Assembly (NCBI GenBank): GCA_958296135.2
Contig: CATQHZ020000001.1
Coordinates: 1,696,001 to 1,760,000, forward strand
DNA: 64,000 bases
Direction of reading: 5' to 3'
Source of the DNA: an uncultured Poribacteria bacterium
Lineage (GTDB): Bacteria > Poribacteria > WGA-4E > WGA-3G
In this document: positions 40,479 through 51,670 of the stretch, one piece after another
Layout: the number at the start of each line of letters is the position of its first letter
Numbering within the stretch: the first letter of the stretch is position 1
Position numbers and translations under genes: made by a program
Notes under the pieces: generated by a model
Told to the model about the DNA's origin: nothing
The model's database searches: none
The model's input: the letters and a program-made list of their open reading frames with translations, nothing else

Positions 40479-41291
40479 TCATCTCGCCTTCATGCGCTTG
40501 ACTGCATCTAACTTCGTCTGTTGCCAATCTGTCCAATCTTTTTCCCCTTCATACCGCACTATGTCGTGAATCGTTGCGCGCGGTTGGTAGGTAATGTAAT
40601 TGCCGGTGTGCCAGCCGAGGTTCCGATAAATCATGAAATCGCCGGGTCCCAGGTGCACCTGCACCGCGCCCGGAAACTGCCGGCAATGTTCCAAGCATAG
40701 CCGTTCCATCTCAACGTTGGACACCCCTTCGGTTGGTTTGCGCAACCTCGGTTCGTTCGTTGTCTGCTGTTCGCCGGGCAAATCCCATTGGCGCAGATGG
40801 CTTCCGGGGACGAACCATGTGCACGAATCGGCATAAATTGCGCAGTTCACCTGGTTGAAATGACGCAAGTCATACCAGACTTCCGCCAATTTCGCGTTGA
40901 CAATCTCGTCGCGCGCTTCGGACGGCACCTCCACAACGCCATCCCGGTGCCAGCCGATGTGCCACGGATACTCAAGCGGTTCAACGAGCAACCCCATGAT
41001 GTCAACGTGCCCATGTGTGTAATTATCACCGAGCAGTCGTTGAATAGCATCGCGCAGCTCGGGCAATTCGGTGTAGTCATAAAAAGGCCGGAGCTCAAGT
41101 TCGTCGCCATAGTTTGATAGCGGCTGAATGCGCTGCGTCTGCGCTCCGTTGCGAGTGTGCGCCAGGTGTCGTGCTTTCTCTGCCTCTCGGCGCAAGTCGG
41201 TTAACAACGCCGGTGGGACAATCCCCCGGAAAATCAGATAGCCTTGCGAGAGATACTCGTCTACCATTGAATCGTGAAATTGGAATGCCAT
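40479..41291 (-). CDS. Phytanoyl-CoA dioxygenase (PhyH) family protein
   Basis: QGYLIFRG, WHRD, FVPGSH, PGD...WH. Confidence 0.88.
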   Translation of the reverse strand: MAFQFHDSMVDEYLSQGYLIFRGIVPPALLTDLRREAEKARHLAHTRNGAQTQRIQPLSNYGDELELRPFYDYTELPELRDAIQRLLGDNYTHGHVDIMGLLVEPLEYPWHIGWHRDGVVEVPSEARDEIVNAKLAEVWYDLRHFNQVNCAIYADSCTWFVPGSHLRQWDLPGEQQTTNEPRLRKPTEGVSNVEMERLCLEHCRQFPGAVQVHLGPGDFMIYRNLGWHTGNYITYQPRATIHDIVRYEGEKDWTDWQQTKLDAVKRMKAR

Positions 41292-41478
41292 GTGGACTTC
41301 CTTATGTCTCCGAATTATGTCTCATTTAGTTTACACAATTTTGGGGAAATATGCAAGGGCGGAAACCATAGAAATCCGCCCTTACAATTGGTGGAATAAG
41401 GCGTTGTACCATTTTTGCAAATTGAACGTTAATATAAATAAGAACTTTACGCCGAATCGTCTCAACAAGGAGCATTGC

Positions 41479-43260
41479 ATGCAGTTAAGAATTCGGGACT
41501 TACGCAAAAATCTACATGGCCTACGGGGTGCGTTCCGCGTCAGTCCTAAAATTATCAGTTTCATCGCCGCCCTATTATCATGTTTGTGGGGGATAGACGT
41601 GGATGCATCGGGCATCGGGCATCGCGACATTTTCGTCGGAGCCAGCGCGCGCGCTGTTGGTATGGGGAGTGCTTTCACCGCCGGGCCCTCGACAAACAAC
41701 GCCTTCTTATGGAACCCCTCCTCACTCGGATTTATGGATGGGTTAGAATTGGCGTTCGGTGGCGTGCCGGTTTCAGGAAGCACATCGGGTAGAGATGGCG
41801 CGTTTTCAGTGGCGGCGAGCCCGAACGCGCTCGGAATAACTCAGAAAAATGTCGGCAGTCTCTCTATTGCCTCGTGGCTCGATGGCTGGAACACGCCCGA
41901 CACCGGCACCGATGTTACGCAGATTGTGCTTTTAGGTTACGGCCTCGCCATCAGCGAACAGGTGTCAGCCGGCGCGAATGTCCGCTATTGTCAGAATATC
42001 GATGCCATCCGAACCAACTACCTCTGGAGCGCAGACCTCGGGATGCAGCTGACTTACCCTATTGAAAAATGGAATGATACCTTCACGATGGGGATGAGCC
42101 TAACCGAATTGAGCAGCGGCATCAGGGTGGATGGACAGCTCATTGAACCGTCGCCTATCGCCGCGCGGTTCGGAATGACTTACGCGTGGGGCAGTGAAAC
42201 GTTGTTCTCCGCAGATTTTGCCCACTATGTGCAAAACCAACTTGACCGGTTAGAACGTTTCCGATTGCACCTCGGCGCGGAACGGTGGCTTTTCAACGGA
42301 CACTTCGGTTTACGAACTGGCTATACCGCGCTCACCTCCTCCGAGAGGTTCCGGCACGGCGAATGGACAGGGGGAGTCAGCCTCCGCAATGCTTATGGGC
42401 AATTGGATTACGCTTACGTCACCGGCAGTGAACTTGAGCAAAACTTGCACTGGATTTCGGCGACGGTGCGCTGGGACGATAAGAGCAACTTCCACACAGC
42501 GACACCCCACGCAGCAGCCAACTCAAAACCTATAGCAAACCCGAGACCTGAAAAAGTCAGTAAACCGCCGGAGACAAAATCTCGCGATGTAGGAATGCCG
42601 ATTTTAATGCCGAAGACGCTTGAGGCACCAGAAACCGCCTCGGGACCCGTAGTAGCAGAGAAACCTGTCTCTCATCGTGTAGAAACAGCGTTGCAAGTCT
42701 CCGAAACCACAATTTCACCGAATAACGACGGTGTCGCGGATAGCACCACATTCCGCTTTGAAGTCGACGCGAACGACACATGGACATTGTCCATCCGTGA
42801 CGAATACACAGAGGACGTGTGGGAACAATCAGGGGCAGGTTCGCCACCCCCAGAAGGGATTGTCTGGAACGGAACTGCAAACACCGGCAAACCCGTAGTC
42901 GATGGTATCTATGAGGTGCAGCTGAGCGTCGGAGATACACAAAACGCAGCGGTAAATAGCCAAAAAATCACCGTAGACATTGGGCCGCCACCGAAACCGA
43001 CAGAAGAAACCCCCGCGTCGCCGATGTGGTGCTTGATGGTAGGCTCCTTTGCGTCGCAGCGCAACGCCGAATCGCTGGCAGCAGAGTTACGCCGTTTGCA
43101 CCCGGATGAGAAGGTAGCAATCTATACGGTGTCTGTCAACTCGCAAACGATGCATCGGGTAACAATCGGCGAATTCTCGGAACGTGCAGCATCGGCGGCA
43201 CTCACGCAACACATTAAAGAGACGCAAGGCGTTGAGCCGGTGCTGATTGCGTTGCAATGA
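41479..43260 (+). CDS. PorV/PorQ-like barrel + FlgD-Ig-like domain + SPOR domain protein
   Basis: GASARAVGMGSAF..WNPSSLG; ISPNNDGVAD..VWNG...DGIY; VGSFASQRNA..HRVTIGEF; RBS AAGGAG before ATG 41479. Confidence 0.75.
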   Translation: MQLRIRDLRKNLHGLRGAFRVSPKIISFIAALLSCLWGIDVDASGIGHRDIFVGASARAVGMGSAFTAGPSTNNAFLWNPSSLGFMDGLELAFGGVPVSGSTSGRDGAFSVAASPNALGITQKNVGSLSIASWLDGWNTPDTGTDVTQIVLLGYGLAISEQVSAGANVRYCQNIDAIRTNYLWSADLGMQLTYPIEKWNDTFTMGMSLTELSSGIRVDGQLIEPSPIAARFGMTYAWGSETLFSADFAHYVQNQLDRLERFRLHLGAERWLFNGHFGLRTGYTALTSSERFRHGEWTGGVSLRNAYGQLDYAYVTGSELEQNLHWISATVRWDDKSNFHTATPHAAANSKPIANPRPEKVSKPPETKSRDVGMPILMPKTLEAPETASGPVVAEKPVSHRVETALQVSETTISPNNDGVADSTTFRFEVDANDTWTLSIRDEYTEDVWEQSGAGSPPPEGIVWNGTANTGKPVVDGIYEVQLSVGDTQNAAVNSQKITVDIGPPPKPTEETPASPMWCLMVGSFASQRNAESLAAELRRLHPDEKVAIYTVSVNSQTMHRVTIGEFSERAASAALTQHIKETQGVEPVLIALQ

Positions 43261-43283
43261 TGCCGAGTAATGCCAAACGCGTT

Positions 43284-44123
43284 TTAAATTGCATAAAATT
43301 CCAAAGCGTTCTGATAGAAGAGGCGATTTTTCTCTGCATCGGAGGCATCGGCAACGGCATAAAGGAGCGCGACCACCCACTCACGATAGGTGGCGGCTAG
43401 GGTGCAGACGGGCCAGTCACTCCCGAACATAAGCCGCTGATATCCAAACGCCGCCACGAGGTGCCGGATGTATGGCTTCAGTTCTTCGGGTGTCCAATTT
43501 TCGCTAGCAGTTGTCACAATGCCGGAGACTTTGCAATGGACATTCTCAAAGGCGGCGAGTTCGCGTATGTGGGTTGCCCACGGCTCCAATTCGCCGCCTT
43601 TTATATTGGGGCCGCCGCAGTGATTCACGGCATGCCTGACATCAGGAGTCGCCTTCACCAATGCAATGGCGGCAGGAAGCTGCTCATGTTTCGCGCAAAG
43701 TTCAAAGGAGAGGTTAAACTTCGGCAGTAACTTCACGCCTGCAATCAGTTCAGGACTTGCATAGAATTGATTACCCGGGAGATGCCATGCCATCCGCCGA
43801 ACCGCGACGACCCGCTCAAACGCAGCGAGTTGTTCAAGAACAACTTCGGCATTCGGTTTTTCGAGCGGTGCAGCCGCGGCTATCGCGCCTATCATCCCAT
43901 CTTTCTCGGCGATGTCGGTTAACCACTCTACTTCTTGGACGACTTGGGTTTCGCTCGGGTCGCCTTCAACGTGAACCGATTTAACCACGTTCAAATCGCC
44001 GATGGCCTCGCGATAATCCTGTGGTGTATACCGCTTCCGCAGCAAGTCAAAACCGTCTAGCCACGGGTATTCCAAATTGGCGGTATCCCAAAGGTGTTGG
44101 TGTGTATCAATAATCTTGAGCAT
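43284..44123 (-). CDS. Amidohydrolase_2 family protein (L-fuconolactonase-like)
   Basis: IIDTHQHLWD, NHCG.P, KVSG, LMFGSDWPV. Confidence 0.9.
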   Translation of the reverse strand: MLKIIDTHQHLWDTANLEYPWLDGFDLLRKRYTPQDYREAIGDLNVVKSVHVEGDPSETQVVQEVEWLTDIAEKDGMIGAIAAAAPLEKPNAEVVLEQLAAFERVVAVRRMAWHLPGNQFYASPELIAGVKLLPKFNLSFELCAKHEQLPAAIALVKATPDVRHAVNHCGGPNIKGGELEPWATHIRELAAFENVHCKVSGIVTTASENWTPEELKPYIRHLVAAFGYQRLMFGSDWPVCTLAATYREWVVALLYAVADASDAEKNRLFYQNALEFYAI

Positions 44124-44385
44124 AATTTGTCTCCGCTTTGCGAGTTATGCCAAATTAATTTAAAAGGAAATAAACAGGGCATTGCTGTCCCGATACAACC
44201 AAAGGTGCAGTGAATACACACGATGTCTTTATCCAGAGTAGGAGGGACATCCCTGTCCCGATACAACACGCATCGAGAACGGTTGGCAGCAAGTGCCAGT
44301 CCTCCAAGAAGTCTCTCCTACGGGGATACTTCATCTGAGCCCGTGCAAGGGCGGATATGAACGGCATCCGCCCTGACAGTTTCTA

Positions 44386-45168
44386 TCAACGTGCCTTGAG
44401 GCCGCCCCAGGTTGTGGTGAGTTTACCTTGCGGTTGCACCGCGAGGAATTCTCCATCCATTACCTCCTGGATCTCGTCTTCAGACAACGCACGGTTGAAT
44501 ATATAGAATTCATCCATGAGGCCATCGAACCATCTACCATTTTTATGATGCCCGATTTCGGCTTGGACACCCCAGTTATCGGAGAGTTCCCCGCCGCCTT
44601 TCGCCTCGTGCGTCTCCTTCCCATCAATGTAGGTTTTCGCCGTACCGCTTTTGCTATCATAGGTGCCGGTAAAGTGAACCCACTTGCCGCCTTTGATAAC
44701 CGGCCCCGGATTGATGTTGAAGACCTCTTTTTCGGCACCATCCCGATGGAACCATCGGAAGCCGCCGGGACGGATTTCGACGTGGTAGAGCCCACTGCCG
44801 TGGTCTGTCCCGATAGCGTCAAAGATACTCTGCGGCTCTGCCGAGTCATTGTGATTCACCCAAACGGCGATAGTGATACCTTCAAGCGGGACGTTCTCAA
44901 ACTCGGGGCCATTCAAGTCCACCCATGTATTGGGCTCCAAGACAATGGCTTTTTCGATGACACCGTCTTCGCGGACGGCTTTGCCTTCAATTTTCCCATC
45001 GTTCCCGTAGATGGAGCCATCTTTGACGGTATCGCCGTTGCCATCAAAGTTGTAGTAGACAGACAAAGTCGCATCGCTGAGGTCTGCCTCCACTGAAAGC
45101 GCGCACGCGCCCAGCAGGCATACGACAGCGAGGTAAACATGAAGGAATTTTATGGAATTGTAAGACAT
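44386..45168 (-). CDS. Secreted LamG (concanavalin A-like) domain protein
   Basis: YYNFD, WVHFTGTYD, YIDG, FDGLMDEFYIFNRALSEDEI; tail AVQPQGKLTTTWGGLK. Confidence 0.92.
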   Translation of the reverse strand: MSYNSIKFLHVYLAVVCLLGACALSVEADLSDATLSVYYNFDGNGDTVKDGSIYGNDGKIEGKAVREDGVIEKAIVLEPNTWVDLNGPEFENVPLEGITIAVWVNHNDSAEPQSIFDAIGTDHGSGLYHVEIRPGGFRWFHRDGAEKEVFNINPGPVIKGGKWVHFTGTYDSKSGTAKTYIDGKETHEAKGGGELSDNWGVQAEIGHHKNGRWFDGLMDEFYIFNRALSEDEIQEVMDGEFLAVQPQGKLTTTWGGLKAR

Positions 45169-45513
45169 CTGATCCTCCTTAAAGTTGTGTCGGTTTGTAT
45201 TTTTAGCGTTTCGCGTTGCTTAATCGAACGCTCGCGAGGAATAAGTTTTCCCTCGCGCTACGGAAAAAGTTGAAATTCCATTGCAAACATTATAGCATAA
45301 AACCGTCGAAAATGGAAATGGAATTTTTCCTGTGCAGAACTGGCTCCGAATGCATTTTGGGAATGAAATTGCATTATTTCCGCGAGCGTCCCTTATACGC
45401 GTAGCGCGGGGCCTGTCTTCTGCGTGCGCCGTGGTGCTGCGAGGGACAGGCCCTCGCGCTACGGAACCGCGCGACGATTCAGAAAACTCCTGCAAAGAGA
45501 AATAAAGAACCCC

Positions 45514-45542
45514 TTGACATTTACGTCTATCTTTGGTATCAT
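45514..45542 (+). promoter_or_regulatory. Sigma70-type promoter, -10 box only 8 nt before ATG
   Basis: TTGACA-17 nt-TATCAT. Confidence 0.6.
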
Positions 45543-45550
45543 ATTCATAT

Positions 45551-46738
45551 ATGAAAAACGTAATGATAACCGAGGCAACAACATTGATGCTTCCGCCGAC
45601 GGTGATTACTGGCCCTGGTGCAGCCGATAACGTCGGCGAACAGGCGAAGCGGCTCGGCGCGACAAGCGCGCTGATTGTCACCGACCCGGGCATCGCAAAA
45701 ATTGGATACGCGGACAAGGTCGCGCAGCATTTGCACGCCGCAGGAATAGGCACAACGTGCTTCGCTCGTGTTACCCCAGATCCGACGCTGCAGAACGTCA
45801 CGGATGGACTCAAGCAGTACCGAGACGAATCCTGCGATGTGATTGTCAGCATCGGCGGTGGCAGCGCGATTGACTGCGGCAAAGGCATCGCCATGAAGTT
45901 AACCAACGATGGGGACTTTGCTGATTACATGGGTGTGGACAAAATCCCGAACCCGGGCGCGCCGCTGATTGCCATCCCGACTACCGGCGGCACAGGAAGC
46001 GAAGTCTCCAAAGTTACCGTGATTACGGACACCGAACGGAACGTTAAGATGATGCTCAGTAGTCCGTGTCTCCTCGCACGCGTAGCGATAATCGATCCGC
46101 TGCTCTCGCTGACAACGCCCCCGCGCCTGACAGCGGCAGTCGGCGTTGATGCGTTGACGCACGCGATAGAAGCATACATCTCAAAACGCGCGCAGCCAAT
46201 AACCGATGCACTGTCCTTGAAAGCGATTGCGATGATTGCCGGTTCGCTGCGGCAGGCATGGGCAGATGGCACTAATGTTCCCGCGCGAACCGATATGATG
46301 CTCGGTGCGTCTATCGCAGGCATGGCATTCAGCAATGCGTCTGTCGCTTTGGTGCACGGCATGTCCCGTCCGATCGGTGCTTATTTTCATATCCATCACG
46401 GGTTGTCAAACGCGGTTTTGCTTCTTGACGTGATGGAGTTCAGTGTCGTTGGCGCGCCGCCACGCTTTGCAGACATTGCGCGCGCGATGGGCGAATCCAT
46501 TGATGGCTTATCCCCGATGAGACAGGCAGACGCTGCTATCTCAGCGGTGGAACGGCTCGTTACCGATATCCGTATGCCGCGCCTCGGTGACATCGGTATT
46601 CCAAAAGATAAGTTTGATGCTGTCGTTGAACAGATGGCGCAAGATGCGATAGCAAGCGGTAGCCCGGCGAACAATCCGCGTCAGGCTACAGCGGAAGAGA
46701 TAGTCGCGCTGTATCAGAAGTGTTTCGCCCCGCGCTAA
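45551..46738 (+). CDS. Iron-containing alcohol dehydrogenase
   Basis: GGGSAID, IPTTGGTGSE, DALTHAIEAY, HGMS...HHG; exact start uncertain. Confidence 0.93.
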   Translation: MKNVMITEATTLMLPPTVITGPGAADNVGEQAKRLGATSALIVTDPGIAKIGYADKVAQHLHAAGIGTTCFARVTPDPTLQNVTDGLKQYRDESCDVIVSIGGGSAIDCGKGIAMKLTNDGDFADYMGVDKIPNPGAPLIAIPTTGGTGSEVSKVTVITDTERNVKMMLSSPCLLARVAIIDPLLSLTTPPRLTAAVGVDALTHAIEAYISKRAQPITDALSLKAIAMIAGSLRQAWADGTNVPARTDMMLGASIAGMAFSNASVALVHGMSRPIGAYFHIHHGLSNAVLLLDVMEFSVVGAPPRFADIARAMGESIDGLSPMRQADAAISAVERLVTDIRMPRLGDIGIPKDKFDAVVEQMAQDAIASGSPANNPRQATAEEIVALYQKCFAPR

Positions 46739-46798
46739 TACGGAATCTGCCTGGATTTCCATCTACAGCCGCGAGACGAATTAAACTGGGAGTCTCTT

Positions 46799-47761
46799 GT
46801 GAACCGACTCAAAATTGTTGTGCCGGGCGACGCGCCGCCGCAAATTCAAGGCTCGCCGCATCTGGAACGTCTAAAACCTTATGGCGATGTGGTGGTATAC
46901 ACCGACCGGCCGGAGACTGCCGTGGAGAAACTCCGCCGCGCAGCAGCTGCGGATATTCTCATCAATTCGCGAGGGTTGGTGAAGTGGCCTGCAGAAATCT
47001 TGCGGCAGCTGCCTAAACTGAAACTCATCTCGCTCTGCTCCATCGGCACCGATATGATTGCGCTGGCCGAGGCGAAAAAGAGAGGCATCGTTGTTTGCAA
47101 TCAACCGGGCCGTACCGCGCCGGTTGTTGCCGAGCACAGCTTCGGGCTCATGTTCGCGCTTGCCAAACGCGCCGCCTTCTTGACAGCGGCAGTGAAAGCC
47201 GGCGAATGGCCGCGCAGGGATAACGTTTATTTGCAAGGGAAGACGCTCGGCGTTATCGGGACAGGGCATATCGGTGCTGAGATGGCGCGCCTCGGGCGCG
47301 CCATCGGCATGAACGTCATCGCGTGGACGTATCATTCCTCCACGGAACGCGCGAAGCAGTTGGGGGTGCAATTCGTTTCGCTTGACGAACTGCTCAGCAC
47401 CGCTGATGTCGTCAGCCTGCATGTCAAGTTGACAGAGGAGAGTCGTCACCTCATAGGCGAACGCGAGTTGGCGTTGATGAAACCGAACGCGCTCTTAATC
47501 AACGTCGCGCGTGGTGGCGTGCTGGATACAGATGCCCTTGTCCGCGCCTTAAACAGCGGGCATCTCGGTGGTGCCGCTATTGATGTCTATGATGAGGAGC
47601 CGCCTCCCGCGAATCATCCTCTCTTGGCATGTGAACAAGTGATTTTCACACCGCACTGCGCGGACATGACTCCCGAGGGCGTTGAGCTGCTGAACGAAGG
47701 CGCGGTGGATAACATCATCGCTTTTTTGGAAGGCGCGCCACGGAATGTCGTCCAGTTGTAA
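46799..47761 (+). CDS. D-isomer-specific 2-hydroxyacid dehydrogenase
   Basis: VAEH, GTGHIG, INVARG, DVYDEEP, TPH. Confidence 0.92.
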   Translation: MNRLKIVVPGDAPPQIQGSPHLERLKPYGDVVVYTDRPETAVEKLRRAAAADILINSRGLVKWPAEILRQLPKLKLISLCSIGTDMIALAEAKKRGIVVCNQPGRTAPVVAEHSFGLMFALAKRAAFLTAAVKAGEWPRRDNVYLQGKTLGVIGTGHIGAEMARLGRAIGMNVIAWTYHSSTERAKQLGVQFVSLDELLSTADVVSLHVKLTEESRHLIGERELALMKPNALLINVARGGVLDTDALVRALNSGHLGGAAIDVYDEEPPPANHPLLACEQVIFTPHCADMTPEGVELLNEGAVDNIIAFLEGAPRNVVQL

Positions 47762-47868
47762 GGGGCGGAAACTATAGAAATCCGCCCTTACAATCAAAAG
47801 TGCTGCCGCTCTCATAGCAACAGCCGCGTCTACCGGGTTTGGGCCGCTACCACTTATGAAAAGGAACA

Positions 47869-49902
47869 ATGGAAAAACAGAACGTCATCAAAAAAATCGG
47901 AGTTGACACGGGCGGCACCTTCACGGATATCGTTATGTCTGTTGATGGAACGCTCATGACGCATAAAGTCCTCTCCACGCCGAGAAACCCGGCGCATGCC
48001 GTGGTCCGAGGTGTCCACAACATCTTGGAAAGATTTGAAACGCGCCAAGCCGTGGATGTCGTGCATGGTTCAACAGTTGCCACCAACGCGCTCCTCGAAC
48101 GCAGCGGTGCGCGCATTGCGCTGATTACCACAAAAGGGTTTGAAGACGTTTTAGAAATTGGGAGGCAGGCGCGGCCAAGCCTCTATGATTTCTGGGTTGA
48201 GCGTCCGGCCCCCCTCGTACCAGCTGAAAGCAGATTCGGGGTAGCCGAAAGGACTCTCCACACTGGTGCCATTGAAACACCGATTGACACTGCGCAGCTA
48301 GACACGCTCGCAGCACATCTCGCCACGCTGGTGCTCGATGCCATCGCAATCTGCTTCCTCTTCTCTTACGTCAATCCGCAAAACGAACAGATTGCCGCCA
48401 AACACCTCGCCCCGCTCAACATTCCGATTTCGTGTTCCCACGACATTTTGCCGGAATACCGCGAATATGAGCGTTTCAGCACCACCGTTGCAAACGCCTA
48501 CATCCGTCCCACTTTGGAACGGCACCTCTCAACCCTCACGAAATCCAAACGGTTTCCGAAGTCTTTCCGTTTGATGCTCTCCAACGGCGGCAGCATCTCG
48601 GCGCGACATTTCCATGCAGCGGGCATTCGGACTGTGCTTTCTGGGCCCGCCGGTGGCGTTATCGGTGCGTATCACGTCGCAAAAACTGCAGGTTATGAGA
48701 AAATCATCACGTTTGATATGGGCGGCACCTCCACCGATGTCAGTCTTTGTAACAACGGTATCTCTATGACAACCGAAAGCACTATCAGTGGACTCCCTAT
48801 CAAAGTGCCGCTCCTCGATATCCACACCGTCGGCGCGGGCGGCGGCTCCATCGCAAGTGTCGATGCTGGTGGTGCCCTGCGCGTCGGACCGGAGAGTGCC
48901 GGTGCAGACCCGGGCCCCATCTGTTACGGAAAGGGAAAAGACATCACCGTCACCGATGCGAACCTCTTTTTGGGACGGATTGAACCGACGCGATTTCTAG
49001 GTGGGAAGATGCAACTCGCATCTGATGCAACCCGCACGCCCCTTGAAAAGTTCAGTAGTGACATCGGGCTCTCGGTTTTGGAAGCCGCAGACGGCATTCT
49101 CAAAGTGGCGAACGCGACGATGGAGCGCGCCATCAAAGTCATCTCCGTTGAACGCGGCTTTGATACGCGCGATTTCACATTGGTTTCCTTTGGCGGCGCG
49201 GGCGGGTTGCACGCCGCATTTTTGGCAGAAAACCTCGGCATTCAGACAGTGCTTATTCCGCCAAACGGCGGGCTACTCTCTGCCTACGGCATGCTTTTCG
49301 CCGATGTCGTCAAGGATTACTCGCAAACCGTGCTGTGGACGTTCCAAAACACGGGTGAAACTATAGGTTCCGAGCTCTCGAGCCGAACCGAAAGACTCAA
49401 CGCCGGACTCGCGACACTTCTTTCCAGGGCGGAAACCGAGATGCAAACGGAGGGGTTCGCGCCGCATCAACTCAAAATAGAATGCGCCCTTGATATGCGG
49501 TATGAAGGGCAATCTTATGAACTAAACGTTCCGTATGATAGCACAGACTTTGTCGAGAAATTCCATGCCGCCCACGAACAGCGGTTCAGTTATGCGAAGC
49601 GTGAAGCAGCAGTGGAAGTGGTAAATCTCCGCCTTACCGCCATCGGTGCCACCGAAAAGCCAGCGATTCTTCCTGAACCGCTTACGGATGCCGAAGTCTT
49701 GCCTGACGCGCGCGTCGCGACAAAGCCGGTTGTTTTTGAAGGGACAGCGCGCCCAACCGATTTCTATCGTAGGGAGGCACTGCGTCCGGGGAACGAAATT
49801 GAAGGCCCCGCGATTATCACGGAATTCAGCGCGACTACCGTCGTGCCGCCACATTTCCGTGCCACCGTTGATACCTATCGAAATCTTATTTTGCAGCACT
49901 AA
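47869..49902 (+). CDS. Hydantoinase/oxoprolinase family A subunit
   Basis: DTGGTFTD, HGSTVATNA, SGPAGG, DMGGTSTD, GAGGGS, GPESAGADPGP. Confidence 0.94.
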   Translation: MEKQNVIKKIGVDTGGTFTDIVMSVDGTLMTHKVLSTPRNPAHAVVRGVHNILERFETRQAVDVVHGSTVATNALLERSGARIALITTKGFEDVLEIGRQARPSLYDFWVERPAPLVPAESRFGVAERTLHTGAIETPIDTAQLDTLAAHLATLVLDAIAICFLFSYVNPQNEQIAAKHLAPLNIPISCSHDILPEYREYERFSTTVANAYIRPTLERHLSTLTKSKRFPKSFRLMLSNGGSISARHFHAAGIRTVLSGPAGGVIGAYHVAKTAGYEKIITFDMGGTSTDVSLCNNGISMTTESTISGLPIKVPLLDIHTVGAGGGSIASVDAGGALRVGPESAGADPGPICYGKGKDITVTDANLFLGRIEPTRFLGGKMQLASDATRTPLEKFSSDIGLSVLEAADGILKVANATMERAIKVISVERGFDTRDFTLVSFGGAGGLHAAFLAENLGIQTVLIPPNGGLLSAYGMLFADVVKDYSQTVLWTFQNTGETIGSELSSRTERLNAGLATLLSRAETEMQTEGFAPHQLKIECALDMRYEGQSYELNVPYDSTDFVEKFHAAHEQRFSYAKREAAVEVVNLRLTAIGATEKPAILPEPLTDAEVLPDARVATKPVVFEGTARPTDFYRREALRPGNEIEGPAIITEFSATTVVPPHFRATVDTYRNLILQH

Positions 49903-50002
49903 TAGGAGAGCCCTCCCGGTCTTGATTCGGTGTCACCGCGCATGTTGTCTCAAGCGCGCTTACAAAGCGTGCCTACCGGATATGATAGCGTTGCGTCCTG
50001 CC

Positions 50003-50914
50003 TCACCAATTCGGGTCATAGTCCCAATTGACGCGCTGTCTGCCGTAGCGTTTGCCCGCAATTTCGGTTTGATGGCAGACGAGGCATCGGTGGAAATCCG
50101 CAACGCCGTGCAATTCGTGCGCTTCTTGAATTTCAGGCGTGTTATGCTCGTGGCAGGCGATGCACGTATAACTCCAATAGACAGTATCGGCGTAGATGCC
50201 GAGTCGTTCGGCGTTTTCTCCCGCGCTGATGTGGTAGACGCGGCCGCTTTTTTCATCGGTAACCTTCCACGCGCGTCCCTTCGTTTTAACAGCAACCGGC
50301 GAAGTCTGCGAGATGCCAACGCCGTGCTGCGAAAGCCACCAATGAATATCGTCAGGGACAACTTCCGCCGTATCCAACTCTTGCTGCGGGGCTGCATCGA
50401 CATGGAACAGCAGCGGTTCGGAGGTATGACACCTTGCGCAAGGCACCGCGTGGACATCGGTAAGCGGGAAAAATGCGTCGTGCTCCAACTTTTTCTGTCC
50501 ATGGAACACAATGCCGATTAACAGGACCGGCGCGAGGATGAGGTGGCACCGCAGCAGAATCTGCCGCGTGCGGCGCGCGGTGAGGCTGACAGCAACGCCC
50601 GTCCCTAAATTCGCCATCGCCAGCAAAAAGGTGAGCCACGAATGCCACTCAAGCGGTTGGAAGGCGGAGTGGATGAGCACTAAGCACAATCCCCATGAGG
50701 CGAAGCGTTGATGGTATCTCAGCCATACTTGTCTGCTACCCCAGCGAATCCACCGCACTCTGAGGAAATAGAGCGCGGCAATAACAATAGCGATGGCACC
50801 GATGATGCTAAGCGTGTGTCTCGCCTCACCGAAACTGCCATACCGCCAGATGCAGAGAATTGAGATGAGAACGGCACCGATAACGCCGTGCGCGATGTTG
50901 ATAAAGACTTTCAT
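50003..50914 (-). CDS. Membrane cytochrome: di-heme-b-like TM domain fused to tri-heme c domain
   Basis: About five TM segments with two H-X13-H pairs; CARCH, CIACH, CLVCH. Confidence 0.8.
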   Translation of the reverse strand: MKVFINIAHGVIGAVLISILCIWRYGSFGEARHTLSIIGAIAIVIAALYFLRVRWIRWGSRQVWLRYHQRFASWGLCLVLIHSAFQPLEWHSWLTFLLAMANLGTGVAVSLTARRTRQILLRCHLILAPVLLIGIVFHGQKKLEHDAFFPLTDVHAVPCARCHTSEPLLFHVDAAPQQELDTAEVVPDDIHWWLSQHGVGISQTSPVAVKTKGRAWKVTDEKSGRVYHISAGENAERLGIYADTVYWSYTCIACHEHNTPEIQEAHELHGVADFHRCLVCHQTEIAGKRYGRQRVNWDYDPNW

Positions 50915-50989
50915 GCCAAAAATGTTATCACAAATCGCGCGCGAACGCAAGAAAAAAGTTCCTGCAGGTTTCTGCCGATGCGATAAACA

Positions 50990-51670
<681 letters not shown>

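Noticed and set aside
49360-49392. Possible palindrome-derived insertion in the hydantoinase (TIGSELSSRT)
   Set aside because: Stem is weak and matches no repeat family in the window clearly; needs orthologue alignment.
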